DNA from: Promethearchaeota archaeon
Lineage (GTDB): Archaea; Asgardarchaeota; Lokiarchaeia; Sigyniarchaeales; SOKP01
Direction: 5' to 3'
Assembly: GCA_019058365.1 (NCBI GenBank)
Contig: JAHPZE010000001.1
Location: 64,001-128,000, forward strand
Length of the DNA: 64,000 nucleotides
Part shown: positions 30,227 through 40,787 of the stretch, piece by piece
Layout of the letters: each line of letters begins with the position of its first letter
Position numbering within the stretch: the stretch's first letter is position 1
The notes under the pieces: model-generated
What the model was told of the DNA's origin: nothing
What the model saw: only the letters and a program-made list of their open reading frames with translations
Database searches by the model: none
Made by a program: the position numbers and the translations under genes

Positions 30227-30260
30227 AATATCTAATAAAAATTATAGATTGGATATGACT
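30215..30260 (+). promoter_or_regulatory. Candidate eukaryote-like SECIS element overlapping the vhuU stop codon
   Basis: ATGA core at 30223-26, ATCTA/TAGAT stem, AAAA apical loop, GA on the 3' arm (GGAT), short GGTT/GACT lower stem; pairing is imperfect. Confidence 0.5.
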
Positions 30261-30331
30261 GCCCTTGCATGGGTAAAAACCAACAAATAATAAAAAATGA
30301 ATAAAAAACTCGAAAAAAAAAGTGAAAAAAA

Positions 30332-30865
30332 ATGGCATTACCATTAGGTATAGATTTTGAATTTAGGAAATTGATTATGGACGTCCATGTGTCATCTGAT
30401 AAAATCAAATACTGTTATCAATGTAACAGATGTACAGATAATTGTCCAGTCGCAGCAGTTCAAAATCCTTTCTATCGGGAGGTTACAAATTGCTTTGATC
30501 CCAGATTAATTGTGTTAACTACGCTTTTGGGGTATAAAGATATTGTAATGGCTGTAGCGGGGACAAAATCAGCTCTAATTCCATGGGGTTGCACTGTTTG
30601 TGATACGTGTGATTCTGTCTGTCCGCAAGACATAGAAGTCACCGAGATTATTACTTTAGCAAAAAACGTAACTACTGGGGCTGGATTAGCACCAGACAAT
30701 GTCGTAGCTCAAGCAAAAACTGTTTTTGAGAGTGGGAAAGCTATTCCCTCTCAACCAGCGATCGAGAGAAGACGTGAGCAATTAGGCTTACCAGCTGTGG
30801 TAGCACCAAATGTAAATGAAGTACAATCTTTATTAAAGGCAATAGGTGCAGATAAAAAATTATAA
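30332..30865 (+). CDS. hdrC: Heterodisulfide reductase subunit C-like (second copy)
   Basis: CYQCNRCTDNCP, WGCTVCDTCDSVCP, RREQLGLP. Confidence 0.9.
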   Translation: MALPLGIDFEFRKLIMDVHVSSDKIKYCYQCNRCTDNCPVAAVQNPFYREVTNCFDPRLIVLTTLLGYKDIVMAVAGTKSALIPWGCTVCDTCDSVCPQDIEVTEIITLAKNVTTGAGLAPDNVVAQAKTVFESGKAIPSQPAIERRREQLGLPAVVAPNVNEVQSLLKAIGADKKL

Positions 30866-30879
30866 TGGAGGTTAAAAAA

Positions 30880-31746
30880 ATGACAGAATATAAAATGTTT
30901 GAAGGATGTGTTATAGGGAACAGAATTCCATTTATTGAAGCAGCTTCCAGAAAAGTTTTAGACAAAATTGGAATACAAACATCACAAGCTCCATTTGCCT
31001 GTTGTCCAGATCCTACTGGAGTAAAAAGCTTTGATAATACAGCTTGGCTCGCTTTGGGTGCTCGAAACTTATGTTTAGCAGAAGCTGAAGGCAAAGATAT
31101 AATCTCATTATGTAATGGCTGTACTAATACGCTTCGTGGAGTACAACATCAATTAAAACATGATTCCAATAAAAAAGAAGCTATCAATAAAGAATTAGCT
31201 AAGATTGGAAAAAATTATAAAGGTTCAATTGATGTAAAGCATTTTGTTGACGTTTTAAGGTCAAATTTGGATTCGATAAAAAGTGCAATTACGAAGCAGA
31301 TGGGTGATCTAAAGGTTGCTTGTCATCCTGGTTGTCATTACATGCGTCCTGTTGAATGGATGGAGTCTGATGATCCATTACGTCCAAAAAATTTGAAAGA
31401 GCTCGTTGCTGTTTCAGGAGCAAATGTAGTTGACTATGATGAATTGGCTTTATGCTGTGGAAATGCTGTTGCTGGTCCATTTCCAGAATATGGAGATGCA
31501 ATATTAAAGCAAAAATATGATTCAATTAAAAAAGCAGGTGCAAATTGTATTGTTGTAAACTGCCCTGCATGTTTCCAACGATTAGATGGAGAACAACGTA
31601 ATCTTTCAAAGAAATTTGAAACCGAATATAATATTCCGGTACTATATATAACAGAATTGTTAGCTTTAGCTATGGGTGTCAGTTCTGAGGAGATTGGCTT
31701 AAAAAACCATCGAACCAGGCGCGATACAGCTATAGAAAACCTTTAA
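30880..31746 (+). CDS. hdrB: Heterodisulfide reductase subunit B (second copy; start 30880 after GGAGG, ORF track gives 30865)
   Basis: FEGC, CCPDP, CNGC, HPGCH, CCG, CPAC. Confidence 0.93.
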   Translation: MTEYKMFEGCVIGNRIPFIEAASRKVLDKIGIQTSQAPFACCPDPTGVKSFDNTAWLALGARNLCLAEAEGKDIISLCNGCTNTLRGVQHQLKHDSNKKEAINKELAKIGKNYKGSIDVKHFVDVLRSNLDSIKSAITKQMGDLKVACHPGCHYMRPVEWMESDDPLRPKNLKELVAVSGANVVDYDELALCCGNAVAGPFPEYGDAILKQKYDSIKKAGANCIVVNCPACFQRLDGEQRNLSKKFETEYNIPVLYITELLALAMGVSSEEIGLKNHRTRRDTAIENL

Positions 31747-31764
31747 GCTAATATCTATAAATTA

Positions 31765-31790
31765 TTTTTATTTTTTTTTATTTTCTTTAA
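31765..31790 (+). terminator. Oligo-T tract after the vhu-hdr operon (archaeal terminator-like)
   Basis: TTTTTATTTTTTTTTATTTTCTTT about 20 nt after the hdrB stop. Confidence 0.4.
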
Positions 31791-31941
31791 CATTATTATA
31801 ACGATTGTAAAGTTTAAATAATAAAGAATTATTTAATAAATTGGAATTTTATAATTTTGTACAATTACACAATTCCATTGTATTTATCTCAGGGATTATT
31901 AAGTAATATGAAATAAATAATAAAATGTAATTAAGATAATC

Positions 31942-32736
31942 ATGTTTAATTTAAAGCGTGACGTTCCTTGGTTTTTCCAATATCTTGAATATTATTATCA
32001 TGTTTTTCTTAATGTAAGATTCAATAATGGAACTAATATAAAAAAAGTAGTTAATTTTTCAATTAACATATCACTTCAGGGATTTGAAGGATTATTATTC
32101 TATATGTATATGCCAGATGTTAAAAAAATAAAATTTGACTTGTATAGACATTCCCTTAATCAATCCTATGAAATTTCTAATCTAAATTTTGCGTTGAATA
32201 ATAGCACATCAAATTCATTAGACTTTGTTATAATTCCTTTTGGTTATTTTAAGGATGAGCATAAATTTAATTTGGATATACGAAGTGATGAACTGGAATC
32301 TAGCTTCGAATTGCATGCGTGGGCACCATCAAATCTGTATAAACATTTAAAATCTGTTATTAAAATAGACAATAAATATTCAGAATTAATCCCAATCGAT
32401 GATTTTAAGGGATATTACTTTCATTTTAATAGTTCATTTAAAGGAAATGAAACAGGGAGATTATTTGATTTAATAAATCTACTTGTAGATTTAGATAAAA
32501 CAGTAGATGAATTAGATAACGAACCTCTCTTCTATGCAATGGATTCGGAAATAAAAAATTTAGTTACAAAAAGTAATGAATATTTATTTGAGTTATGTCA
32601 GACGTCTGTCCCATTAGATACAAGGAATATATTAAGGGAATTAGAACGTTTAAAGTACAATATTGATAGTCTTACAAAAGAGGAAATATTTAATTGGCTG
32701 GATGATTTAGTTAATTTCTATTCAGGTAAAGAATAA
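31942..32736 (+). CDS. Hypothetical protein
   Basis: 264-aa ORF, no recognised motif. Confidence 0.7.
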   Translation: MFNLKRDVPWFFQYLEYYYHVFLNVRFNNGTNIKKVVNFSINISLQGFEGLLFYMYMPDVKKIKFDLYRHSLNQSYEISNLNFALNNSTSNSLDFVIIPFGYFKDEHKFNLDIRSDELESSFELHAWAPSNLYKHLKSVIKIDNKYSELIPIDDFKGYYFHFNSSFKGNETGRLFDLINLLVDLDKTVDELDNEPLFYAMDSEIKNLVTKSNEYLFELCQTSVPLDTRNILRELERLKYNIDSLTKEEIFNWLDDLVNFYSGKE

Positions 32737-32845
32737 TCGTGATAAATTTTTAACCAAAATTCGTTTTTTATATCATAAAAGATAATTTTTTAAAATCAAC
32801 ATTATTATTAGAATTATTTACTATTTTATAAACTAGATATTTGTT

Positions 32846-33088
32846 ATGTGTTTAGCAATACCAGGAAAAATATTAAAAATCGATGGCAATTCTGCATTAG
32901 TAGATTTTGATGGGCTAAAACAAAATGTAATTATCGCATTGATTCAAAATCCCGAGATTGGAAAGTATGTTATCGTTCATGCTGGCTATGCCATAGAAAT
33001 GATAAATGAAAAAGAAGCTATGGAAGCCATAGAGCAATGGAAAGAACTTACTGAAAGTCAAGATTTAAATCTAACAGATATTCTTTAA
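32846..33088 (+). CDS. hypC: Hydrogenase chaperone HypC
   Basis: MCLAIPG, VIVHAGYAI. Confidence 0.97.
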   Translation: MCLAIPGKILKIDGNSALVDFDGLKQNVIIALIQNPEIGKYVIVHAGYAIEMINEKEAMEAIEQWKELTESQDLNLTDIL

Positions 33089-33098
33089 AGTAAATAGT

Positions 33099-33902
33099 CT
33101 ATAAGTCAAATAATTCTTGTTTTAATTTTTTTAATTTTTCATATAGAAACTTAATTGACAAAATTCCTTCTGAATTTGGATTATAATCAAAAGGTGATCT
33201 ACCTTCTAAATCAGCTTTTCCAATATCTGGGTCAAATGGAATAGAATGATATAGGGGAACCTCCCAATTTTGTATTTTTTTATTGATAATTTCTTTTTGT
33301 GATTCATCAATTATTTTATTTGCAATTAAAAAAATATTAATAATCCCTAATTTTTTAGACAGTTCAATTATTTTATTGCTCAAATCTAAAGATTTTTGAG
33401 AGGGTTCAGTAATAACTAGCATTAAATCAATTCCTTTCGCTGTACCGCGTCCTAAATGTTCGATCCCAGCTTCAAAATCTACAATAACTACCTCATCTCT
33501 TTTAATAAATAAATTATATAATAGAGTTCTTATTAATGCATTTTCTGGGCATAAACATCCAGTAGCGGGCTCTTCAATTCCACCTAAAACCAAAAGTTGT
33601 AAACCATCTGGACCAGAAACCTTATATCTATCAGGAATATCAGAGACGCTTGGATTAATATTATAAACTCCCGGTCCCGCACCTTTTACTAATGTTCTCT
33701 CTTGAATCATTGATTTCATTTCTTTAATTGGGACGATCTTATCTTTTGTATTTTCATCAATTCCTAAAGTATAACTAAGGTTCATCGCTGAATCATTATC
33801 AATTGCAAGAACTTTAAACCCATCTCTTGCAAACATTCTTGCTAAAATTCCAGCTACTAAAGTTTTCCCAACTCCTCCTTTGCCTGATATCGCAATCTTC
33901 AT
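33099..33902 (-). CDS. cooC: CooC/AcsF-type nickel-insertion ATPase
   Basis: SGKGGVGKT, GCLCPEN, DFEAGIEHLGRG. Confidence 0.9.
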   Translation of the reverse strand: MKIAISGKGGVGKTLVAGILARMFARDGFKVLAIDNDSAMNLSYTLGIDENTKDKIVPIKEMKSMIQERTLVKGAGPGVYNINPSVSDIPDRYKVSGPDGLQLLVLGGIEEPATGCLCPENALIRTLLYNLFIKRDEVVIVDFEAGIEHLGRGTAKGIDLMLVITEPSQKSLDLSNKIIELSKKLGIINIFLIANKIIDESQKEIINKKIQNWEVPLYHSIPFDPDIGKADLEGRSPFDYNPNSEGILSIKFLYEKLKKLKQELFDL

Positions 33903-34042
33903 TGTTACTTTAATACTAATTTGAAATCAATTAAAGTTTTTATTTATAAGTCTAAATAATTTGGGAAGAATGACAAAAATAGGATAATATAAAGAGATCT
34001 AAATTAAATATTACATAAGGTTTATAAAATTATAATATAAGA

Positions 34043-34783
34043 ATGCAATTTATTGATAAGTTATTGAGAGATGACTATTCAATTGAACAAGCAGAAGCTA
34101 TCCAAATTAAATATCAAAAATTAATCAATAGATCTTCAAAAACAAAAGAGATTACAAAGATTGAACATATAAAAATTATCGTTGGTTTAGATGTTTCATA
34201 CTATAAAAAACATAATTATGAATATGGAATTGCTTGTGCAGTAATTTGGAATTTAAAGAAAAATAAAAAAGAAGACCATTTTTTTATTCAAGATCAAATT
34301 AAATTTCCATATAAACCGGGATTCCTTGGATTTAGAGAATGCAAAATTCTGGCAAAAGTAATATCAACACTCCCAATTATACCAGATCTTATAATGTGTG
34401 ATGGTCATGGAAAAATACATCCAAGAAGATTTGGAGAAGCAGTTCATCTGGGAGTAGCTCTAAATATCTGTAGTATAGGGGTGGCTAAAAATCCATTCAT
34501 CGGATATTCTGATTGGAATGAAATTGAAAAATTCAAAGGTAATAAAACACCAGTATGGGAAAAAAATCCGAAATTACAATCTGAAAATTCATTTAATGAA
34601 ATATTAGGATATGCTGTCTGTTTAAACGATGGTTTAAAGCCTGTTTTTATAAGTGAGGGATATAAAATAAACATAAATAATGCTATGAGAATTTGTTTAT
34701 TAACAACTAAAGAACATCGACAACCAGAACCACTCTATTTAGCAGATTATCTTTCTAGAAAAGAATTGATTAATTGTTATTAA
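34043..34783 (+). CDS. nfi: Endonuclease V
   Basis: GLDVSY, FPYKPGFLGFRE, DGHGKIHPRRFG, GVAK, PEP. Confidence 0.92.
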   Translation: MQFIDKLLRDDYSIEQAEAIQIKYQKLINRSSKTKEITKIEHIKIIVGLDVSYYKKHNYEYGIACAVIWNLKKNKKEDHFFIQDQIKFPYKPGFLGFRECKILAKVISTLPIIPDLIMCDGHGKIHPRRFGEAVHLGVALNICSIGVAKNPFIGYSDWNEIEKFKGNKTPVWEKNPKLQSENSFNEILGYAVCLNDGLKPVFISEGYKININNAMRICLLTTKEHRQPEPLYLADYLSRKELINCY

Positions 34784-35043
34784 CTTGGTCGGCCCATTTT
34801 TTGCAATTTTTTAGAGACTTTCATTAATTCACGGAATAAATTTGCGTTATCTTCTGGGTCTACTATCTGTAATAATTTATCATTTAATTCTTTCATTTTT
34901 ATTGTTAAATCGATGAATTCTTTTGGTGGATCTATTTGATAATGATAATGCTTTTTTCCATCCTTATTTATTTCAATGTATACCCATTTTTCCGCTTTTT
35001 GACTCCAGTTCCATCGATGAGGAGTTAATAACCTTCTTCCCAT
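34780..35043 (-). CDS. Small hypothetical protein
   Basis: 87-aa ORF with ATG start, Trp-rich N-terminus and helical C-terminus. Confidence 0.7.
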   Translation of the reverse strand: MGRRLLTPHRWNWSQKAEKWVYIEINKDGKKHYHYQIDPPKEFIDLTIKMKELNDKLLQIVDPEDNANLFRELMKVSKKLQKMGRPS

Positions 35044-35133
35044 TTTCTTCTGATATTAAAGATAAATAATTCATGTTAAAGAATAATAACTTATCAATAC
35101 CTCTAAAAATGAATACAAATTTGTCTAAAGAAG

Positions 35134-36618
35134 TTATGCTTCTGAAATATCATTTAAAATTTTAAGTGCAAGCTCTCTAACATCAACATCAGCATCTTTA
35201 GTAACTTTTTTTAAAAGAGACATAAACTCTTCATTTTTCTTCTCAAACTTACTCAGTGCTTTAATGACATTATATCTAACTATCCAATCTTTATCATTAA
35301 TCAATTCAAATAAAGCATCATAAACCTTTTTATATCTGAAGTGACCTAAAATTTTTATAGCATTTCTTTTGATCTCACTATTTTTACTCTTTAAATCCTG
35401 TATAAGTAAATTTATTACTGTTTCCTTGTTATTTTTATCAAACAAATGATACATTCTATTAAAAAGAGAGAGCTGTAATTGGGTTGGTATGTTTTTTAAT
35501 ATTTTTGGCTCATAGACTTGTCCATTCTTTATGCTCATTTCTTTCTCTTTTAATTTTTTTAACACCTCATTAAGCTTCTGGTTTTCTTTTTGATATTTGG
35601 ATAACTCAATCTTTATGTTCTCAAACTTTTCCCTCATTTCAGCAAATTTTAATGCATCGTCTGTTGAAACTATTACTGGTTCATGAGTATTCTTTAATTG
35701 GACCTTTAAATAATTTATTTGAGCTTCATATTCTGCTATTTTGGCAGTTAAAATACTAATTTTATCATTAACTAATTTTAATTCTTCTGAACCTTTGTCT
35801 TCATATTCATTTACTTTAGTTTTTAAAGATTCTAATTCGGTTGATAGAATAGCATTTCTCTCTCGAGCAGATTCCAATTCTTCTGAACTTGTTTCTATAT
35901 TTTCATGTAATTTGGTTTTAAGTGACTCGCATTTGGATAATAACATTACATTTCTGTTGTTAGCGATTTCTAATTCTTCTGAAATTGCCTCTTCTAAGCT
36001 TTCTTGAAATTTTGTTTTTAGTGATTCCACTTCTACACGTAATAATCCATTTTCTTCCATCAATTGAAAGTTCAATCTTTTAATATTTATCAATTCCTCA
36101 TTTACTTCGGGTTCTTCATTTTTTTCTTCGATAAGTTCCTTAACTTCACTCTTTTCTAATTGTAACTCCTCGATTTGGTCCTTTAAAAATTTAATTCGAC
36201 TTCCGTATTCTTGATTTTCATTACTTAATTGGACAATTTGCATCTGAGCTTCGAGAAGTTCTTTGTTACTTACTTCTAGTTGACTAATATCTCCATCATT
36301 CTCAATGTTTGCTGTTAATATATCAATATTTTCATATAGTTTTTCAATATCACTCTGTTTTTCATTCAATTCTAGTCGTTGAGAAGAAATTATATCTTTT
36401 AAAATATCAATTTCACTAGGAAGCTCAACTCTTTCAATTTGTTCCTCTTTCATTTGACTTTTAAGACTTTCAATTAAAAATTTCTGTTCTTTAACTGTAA
36501 ATTTCAACTTATTTATTTTTTCCTTTAAAGAGGATATTACCTGCTCTAATTCTGCATGAGAACGGGTCTCCTTTTCGACTGTATTAATTAAATCTTTCAA
36601 GTCTCTACTCATGATCAA
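35134..36618 (-). CDS. Long coiled-coil protein with C-terminal HEAT repeats
   Basis: About 360 aa of heptad-rich sequence; then IKRNAIKILG, DKDWIVRYNVIKAL, DADVDVRELALKIL. Confidence 0.85.
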   Translation of the reverse strand: MIMSRDLKDLINTVEKETRSHAELEQVISSLKEKINKLKFTVKEQKFLIESLKSQMKEEQIERVELPSEIDILKDIISSQRLELNEKQSDIEKLYENIDILTANIENDGDISQLEVSNKELLEAQMQIVQLSNENQEYGSRIKFLKDQIEELQLEKSEVKELIEEKNEEPEVNEELINIKRLNFQLMEENGLLRVEVESLKTKFQESLEEAISEELEIANNRNVMLLSKCESLKTKLHENIETSSEELESARERNAILSTELESLKTKVNEYEDKGSEELKLVNDKISILTAKIAEYEAQINYLKVQLKNTHEPVIVSTDDALKFAEMREKFENIKIELSKYQKENQKLNEVLKKLKEKEMSIKNGQVYEPKILKNIPTQLQLSLFNRMYHLFDKNNKETVINLLIQDLKSKNSEIKRNAIKILGHFRYKKVYDALFELINDKDWIVRYNVIKALSKFEKKNEEFMSLLKKVTKDADVDVRELALKILNDISEA

Positions 36619-36738
36619 TTAATCCAATTGATTTTATTATATAAGAAAAATAGGTAATTCAATAATATTAATATAGATAATATCTAAAAATTTTTAGTAT
36701 GTTAAAAGAGAATTAAAAAAAATCCTTTAATCTTATGC

Positions 36739-37215
36739 TCATAATATTTTAATATCTATAATTTTATCACCTTGAACTATAGAATCAACGACATCTTGGT
36801 CTAAGGCGCTGATCACTTCCCCAAATATTGTATGTTTATTGTTAAGGTGTGGTGTAGGTACATGCGTTATGAAAATTTGGGATCCATTAGTATTAGGTCC
36901 TGCATTGGCCATCGCTAATATACCTGGTTTATCAAATTTTCTCCCACTTTGGAATTCATCCGCAAAAGGATAACTAATTTGTTTATTTTGATAAGGAAAT
37001 GAGCTAATACCTTTATCTCTCGGTCCACCTGTCCCACGACCTAACGGACAGCCGACTTGGATCATAAAATCAGCGATTACACGGTGGAAAACAATATCAT
37101 TATAAAAATTTTGATGTATCAAGTGTAAAAAGCTAGCAACTGTCATTGGGGCATCATCATCAAATAAATTGATATTTATTTGACCTTTATTTGTTATTAT
37201 ATTAATTCTGGTCAT
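36739..37215 (-). CDS. Cyclophilin-type peptidyl-prolyl isomerase
   Basis: [38 protein letters not shown]. Confidence 0.95.
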   Translation of the reverse strand: MTRINIITNKGQININLFDDDAPMTVASFLHLIHQNFYNDIVFHRVIADFMIQVGCPLGRGTGGPRDKGISSFPYQNKQISYPFADEFQSGRKFDKPGILAMANAGPNTNGSQIFITHVPTPHLNNKHTIFGEVISALDQDVVDSIVQGDKIIDIKIL

Positions 37216-37354
37216 ACAGAAAGGAAGGATGAAAAATTTTTAATAATTATGTTTTTAAAATAATCGTTTATGATATATTTTTTATCAATGAAAAATTTAA
37301 AAATAATCACAATAATAGAATTTTATACAAGTTTTTTTAGAATATATTCAATAT

Positions 37355-39517
37355 TTGGATGAAAAAATGGCTAATAGCGATATCTCTTTTTTCTTTAATC
37401 CTAAAAGTATTGCTGTAATTGGAGCTAGTGAGACTGAGGGGAAAGTTGGCAACACCGTTTTAAATAATATAATAAATTCGGGTTATAATGGCAAAATTTA
37501 CCCTATAAATCCAAAAGTTCATAAGGTTTGTGATTTACCTTGCTATAAAAATGTTTTGGAAGTACCTGAAGATATTGATATAGCTATTTTTGTTATCCCA
37601 GGAAAATTTGTTAATAGCGCTGCAGAGGAATGCGGCAAAAAGGGAGTGAAAGGATTAATCATCGTCTCAGCAGGATTTAAAGAAATTGGTGGAGAAGGAG
37701 TTGAAAGAGAAGAGGAACTGATCAAAATAAGTAAAAAGTATAATATGAGAATTTTAGGTCCAAACTGTTTAGGTTTTATCGGTATTAACTATAATGGCTC
37801 ATTCGCCGCAGAAACTCCTAAAAAAGGAGGTATAGCTATGATATCACAGTCAGGAGCTATGCTTACAGCGATGATGGATCTGAGTATGAATGAATCATAT
37901 GGATTCTCCTGTAATATAAGTTTGGGTAATAAAGCAGATTTAGGGGCTGTAGATTTCATAGAATATCTAACTTATGATCAAAATACAAAAGTTATTTTAT
38001 GTTATCTAGAAAGTATTAAGGATGGTGAGAGATTCCTCGAAGTTTTACCAAAAGCTACAAGAAAAAAACCGATTATAATATTAAAATCTGGAACAAGTGA
38101 AGCTGGTGCAAGAGCTGCTTCAAGTCATACTGGAGCTTTAGCAGGAGCAGATATTGCTTATGATCTAGCTTTTGAGAAATGTGGAGTAATCAGAGCAAAA
38201 ACGATTGAAGATTTATTCGATTATGGTGAAGCTTTTCTTTATCAACCAATTCCTAAAACAAATTCTTTTGCTATTATTACGAATGCAGGAGGTCCAGGAA
38301 TTATAGCTACAGATGCATTTGAACGTGAAGGTTTGAAATTTTCAAGTTTTTCAGAACCAATTCTTCATTCTTTAAGAGAAAATTTGCCTTTAGAAGCAGC
38401 AATCTTTAATCCAATTGATATAGTAGGAGATGCTACACCAAATAGATATGAATTTACAATTAAAACTGTTTTTGGTCTAAATTCTGGACAAAATTTTAAT
38501 GATATAACAACAGAAGGAGCCTTAATAATTTTGACTCCCCAAGCTCAAACTAAACCGACCGAAGTTGCAAAACTCATTCATAATATATCATCAAAATATT
38601 TAGAAACCAAACCAATTGTATGTTCCTTTATTGGAGGAAAAAATATTTTAGAAGGAAGGGAATATTTAAAACAAAATCATATTCCATGTTATAATTTTCC
38701 AGATAGAGCAGCTCATTCATTAAAAACCTTAACAAAGCGAAGTAATTATTTAACAACTACACCATTGAATCAATTAGAAATTCCTTCATTTAAAGTAAAC
38801 AAAAAACGAGTAAAAGAAATCTTCTCTAATGTTCGAAAAGATGACAGAATGGTTTTACTAAGTTATGAAACAAGTGAAGTTTTTGATTGCTATGGGATAA
38901 AATCGCCTAAATCACGATTAGCACAAACTCCAAGACAAGCAATGAGATTGCAATCTGAAATTGGAAAGTCTGTTATGAAAATAGTAAGCCCGCATATTAT
39001 ACATAAAACTGATGTTGGGGGAATTCTATTAAATATTGCAACAGAACAAGATGCCTTTGAAGCTTATATACAAATAGTGAATAACGCTAAAAAATTTGGT
39101 CCACAAAATGCTAAAATTTACGGGGTTGAAGTCCAAGAGATGATTGACTTTAAATCGCAAGAAAAGATAAATGAGATAATCATTGGTATGTCTCAAGATC
39201 CTGGTTTTGGGCCTATACTTATGTTCGGAACGGGAGGAATATATGCTAATTTTATGAAAGATGTATCATTTGCATTAGCATATAAATATACAAGAGAAGA
39301 TGTTAAACAACAAATTGAAAATACAAAAATTTATAGTCTTTTGCAAGGAGTAAGAGGCGAATCCCCATCAGATATTGAAGCCATCATAGATGTTATGCTT
39401 AGACTTTCACAACTTGTAATTGATTTTCCAGAGATCGTTGAATTAGATATTAATCCACTTCTAGCTTTTATAAAGGGTTACAGTGCTGTGGATATAAAAA
39501 TTACAATAAAAAGATAA
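37355..39517 (+). CDS. acdAB: ADP-forming acetyl-CoA synthetase, fused alpha-beta
   Basis: IAVIGAS, GPNCLG, SQSGA, SHTGALAG, TNAGGPG, HKTDVGG, ELDINP. Confidence 0.93.
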   Translation: MDEKMANSDISFFFNPKSIAVIGASETEGKVGNTVLNNIINSGYNGKIYPINPKVHKVCDLPCYKNVLEVPEDIDIAIFVIPGKFVNSAAEECGKKGVKGLIIVSAGFKEIGGEGVEREEELIKISKKYNMRILGPNCLGFIGINYNGSFAAETPKKGGIAMISQSGAMLTAMMDLSMNESYGFSCNISLGNKADLGAVDFIEYLTYDQNTKVILCYLESIKDGERFLEVLPKATRKKPIIILKSGTSEAGARAASSHTGALAGADIAYDLAFEKCGVIRAKTIEDLFDYGEAFLYQPIPKTNSFAIITNAGGPGIIATDAFEREGLKFSSFSEPILHSLRENLPLEAAIFNPIDIVGDATPNRYEFTIKTVFGLNSGQNFNDITTEGALIILTPQAQTKPTEVAKLIHNISSKYLETKPIVCSFIGGKNILEGREYLKQNHIPCYNFPDRAAHSLKTLTKRSNYLTTTPLNQLEIPSFKVNKKRVKEIFSNVRKDDRMVLLSYETSEVFDCYGIKSPKSRLAQTPRQAMRLQSEIGKSVMKIVSPHIIHKTDVGGILLNIATEQDAFEAYIQIVNNAKKFGPQNAKIYGVEVQEMIDFKSQEKINEIIIGMSQDPGFGPILMFGTGGIYANFMKDVSFALAYKYTREDVKQQIENTKIYSLLQGVRGESPSDIEAIIDVMLRLSQLVIDFPEIVELDINPLLAFIKGYSAVDIKITIKR

Positions 39518-39579
39518 AGAATAATTAAATATAAAGTTAAAATAATATAATAAGGAAAGAAATTAAAAAAGGGAGGAAT

Positions 39580-40641
39580 ATGGTAAAAATATTTTATTTA
39601 AGTTCTTTAGAAGAAGATGCTGGAAAAAGTTTTCTTTCGATAGGTTTTATTCAAAAATTAAAAAAAGAAGGAAAAAAATTTGCTTATTTTAAACCAATAG
39701 GTATTCCTAAAAGTGCTTTTACGAATAAAGCAGATCCAGATGTAGGATTTATCTTGAATACCATTTATCGAACAGATTATCCCTATGATTTTATTTCCCC
39801 TGTTTCAATTCCAGATGCATATTATGTTGATTTAATTAATACTGATAAAAAAAAAGAATTTTTACAGAAAATAAATAAAGCTTATAATAAAATTACTAAA
39901 GATGTTGACTATATTATTATTGAAGGTAATCCAAGTATTAGAAAGTTCATTAGAGTAGGACTAGATGATGTTAGTATTGCACAAACTCTTGGTATAAATG
40001 AATTGATCTATGTATCAACAAAATCATCAGATCGAAGTATAGATAACATATATTTCACTAAAAATTATTTCGAGTTCAGGAATATGGGTATTAAAGGAGT
40101 CCTATTTAATAAAATAGATTTTGAATACATCGCGCGAATTAAAGAACTCACGGAAGAACATATAAATAGATATGATATTCCTTTATTAGGAATAATAGAA
40201 AAAAATATCGAGTTATTTTCACCTCGAGTAAATGAAATTGTAGCACAAATTGGTGGAGAATTGATAAACGAACAAGCATCCTCAGGTTTAAATAATAGAG
40301 TAGAAACATTCCTTATTGGTGCTATGAATGCACAGTCAGCATTAAAGTATTTACGGCAAGTTAAACGAGCAGCTTTCATTACAGGGGGCGACAGAACAGA
40401 TTTAGCTATGGCTGCATTAGCTCAAGATGTTTCAACACTAATACTAACGGGTTTTATACAGCCTGATATTGGAGTAATTACAGCAGCTAATGATAAAGGG
40501 ATACCAATTATCCTAAGCCCTTCTGATACATATACCACTATGAGAAATCTAGAACGGTTAAAACCAGGCATCCAAGAAGATGAGATTGAAAAAGTACTGC
40601 AAATTATTGAAAAAAATATTAATTGGGATTTATTATTATAA
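39580..40641 (+). CDS. Phosphotransacetylase N-terminal-like (BioD-like plus DRTGG domain) protein
   Basis: AGKS P-loop, YFKPIG, IGAMN, ITGGDRTD. Confidence 0.88.
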   Translation: MVKIFYLSSLEEDAGKSFLSIGFIQKLKKEGKKFAYFKPIGIPKSAFTNKADPDVGFILNTIYRTDYPYDFISPVSIPDAYYVDLINTDKKKEFLQKINKAYNKITKDVDYIIIEGNPSIRKFIRVGLDDVSIAQTLGINELIYVSTKSSDRSIDNIYFTKNYFEFRNMGIKGVLFNKIDFEYIARIKELTEEHINRYDIPLLGIIEKNIELFSPRVNEIVAQIGGELINEQASSGLNNRVETFLIGAMNAQSALKYLRQVKRAAFITGGDRTDLAMAALAQDVSTLILTGFIQPDIGVITAANDKGIPIILSPSDTYTTMRNLERLKPGIQEDEIEKVLQIIEKNINWDLLL

Positions 40642-40787
40642 TTTATTTTTTAAATAATTTTTGGGTTAATCCTTTATTTTCTCTTCATTAAATATGCTTA
40701 TTAAATATTAATTTCCATAATATTAATTTATTCAAAATTAGAAAAGAAAAAAGAATTTTAAAATTTGAAATTGAGAATATGGTTTCT

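Noticed and set aside
29415-31525. Short antisense ORFs over the vhu/hdr genes (and similar ones across the window, e.g. 1847-2080, 21769-22376, 43208-43624, 59976-60383)
   Set aside because: They overlap well-supported genes on the opposite strand or in another frame and have no motifs. The 30162-30344 minus ORF overlaps vhuU.
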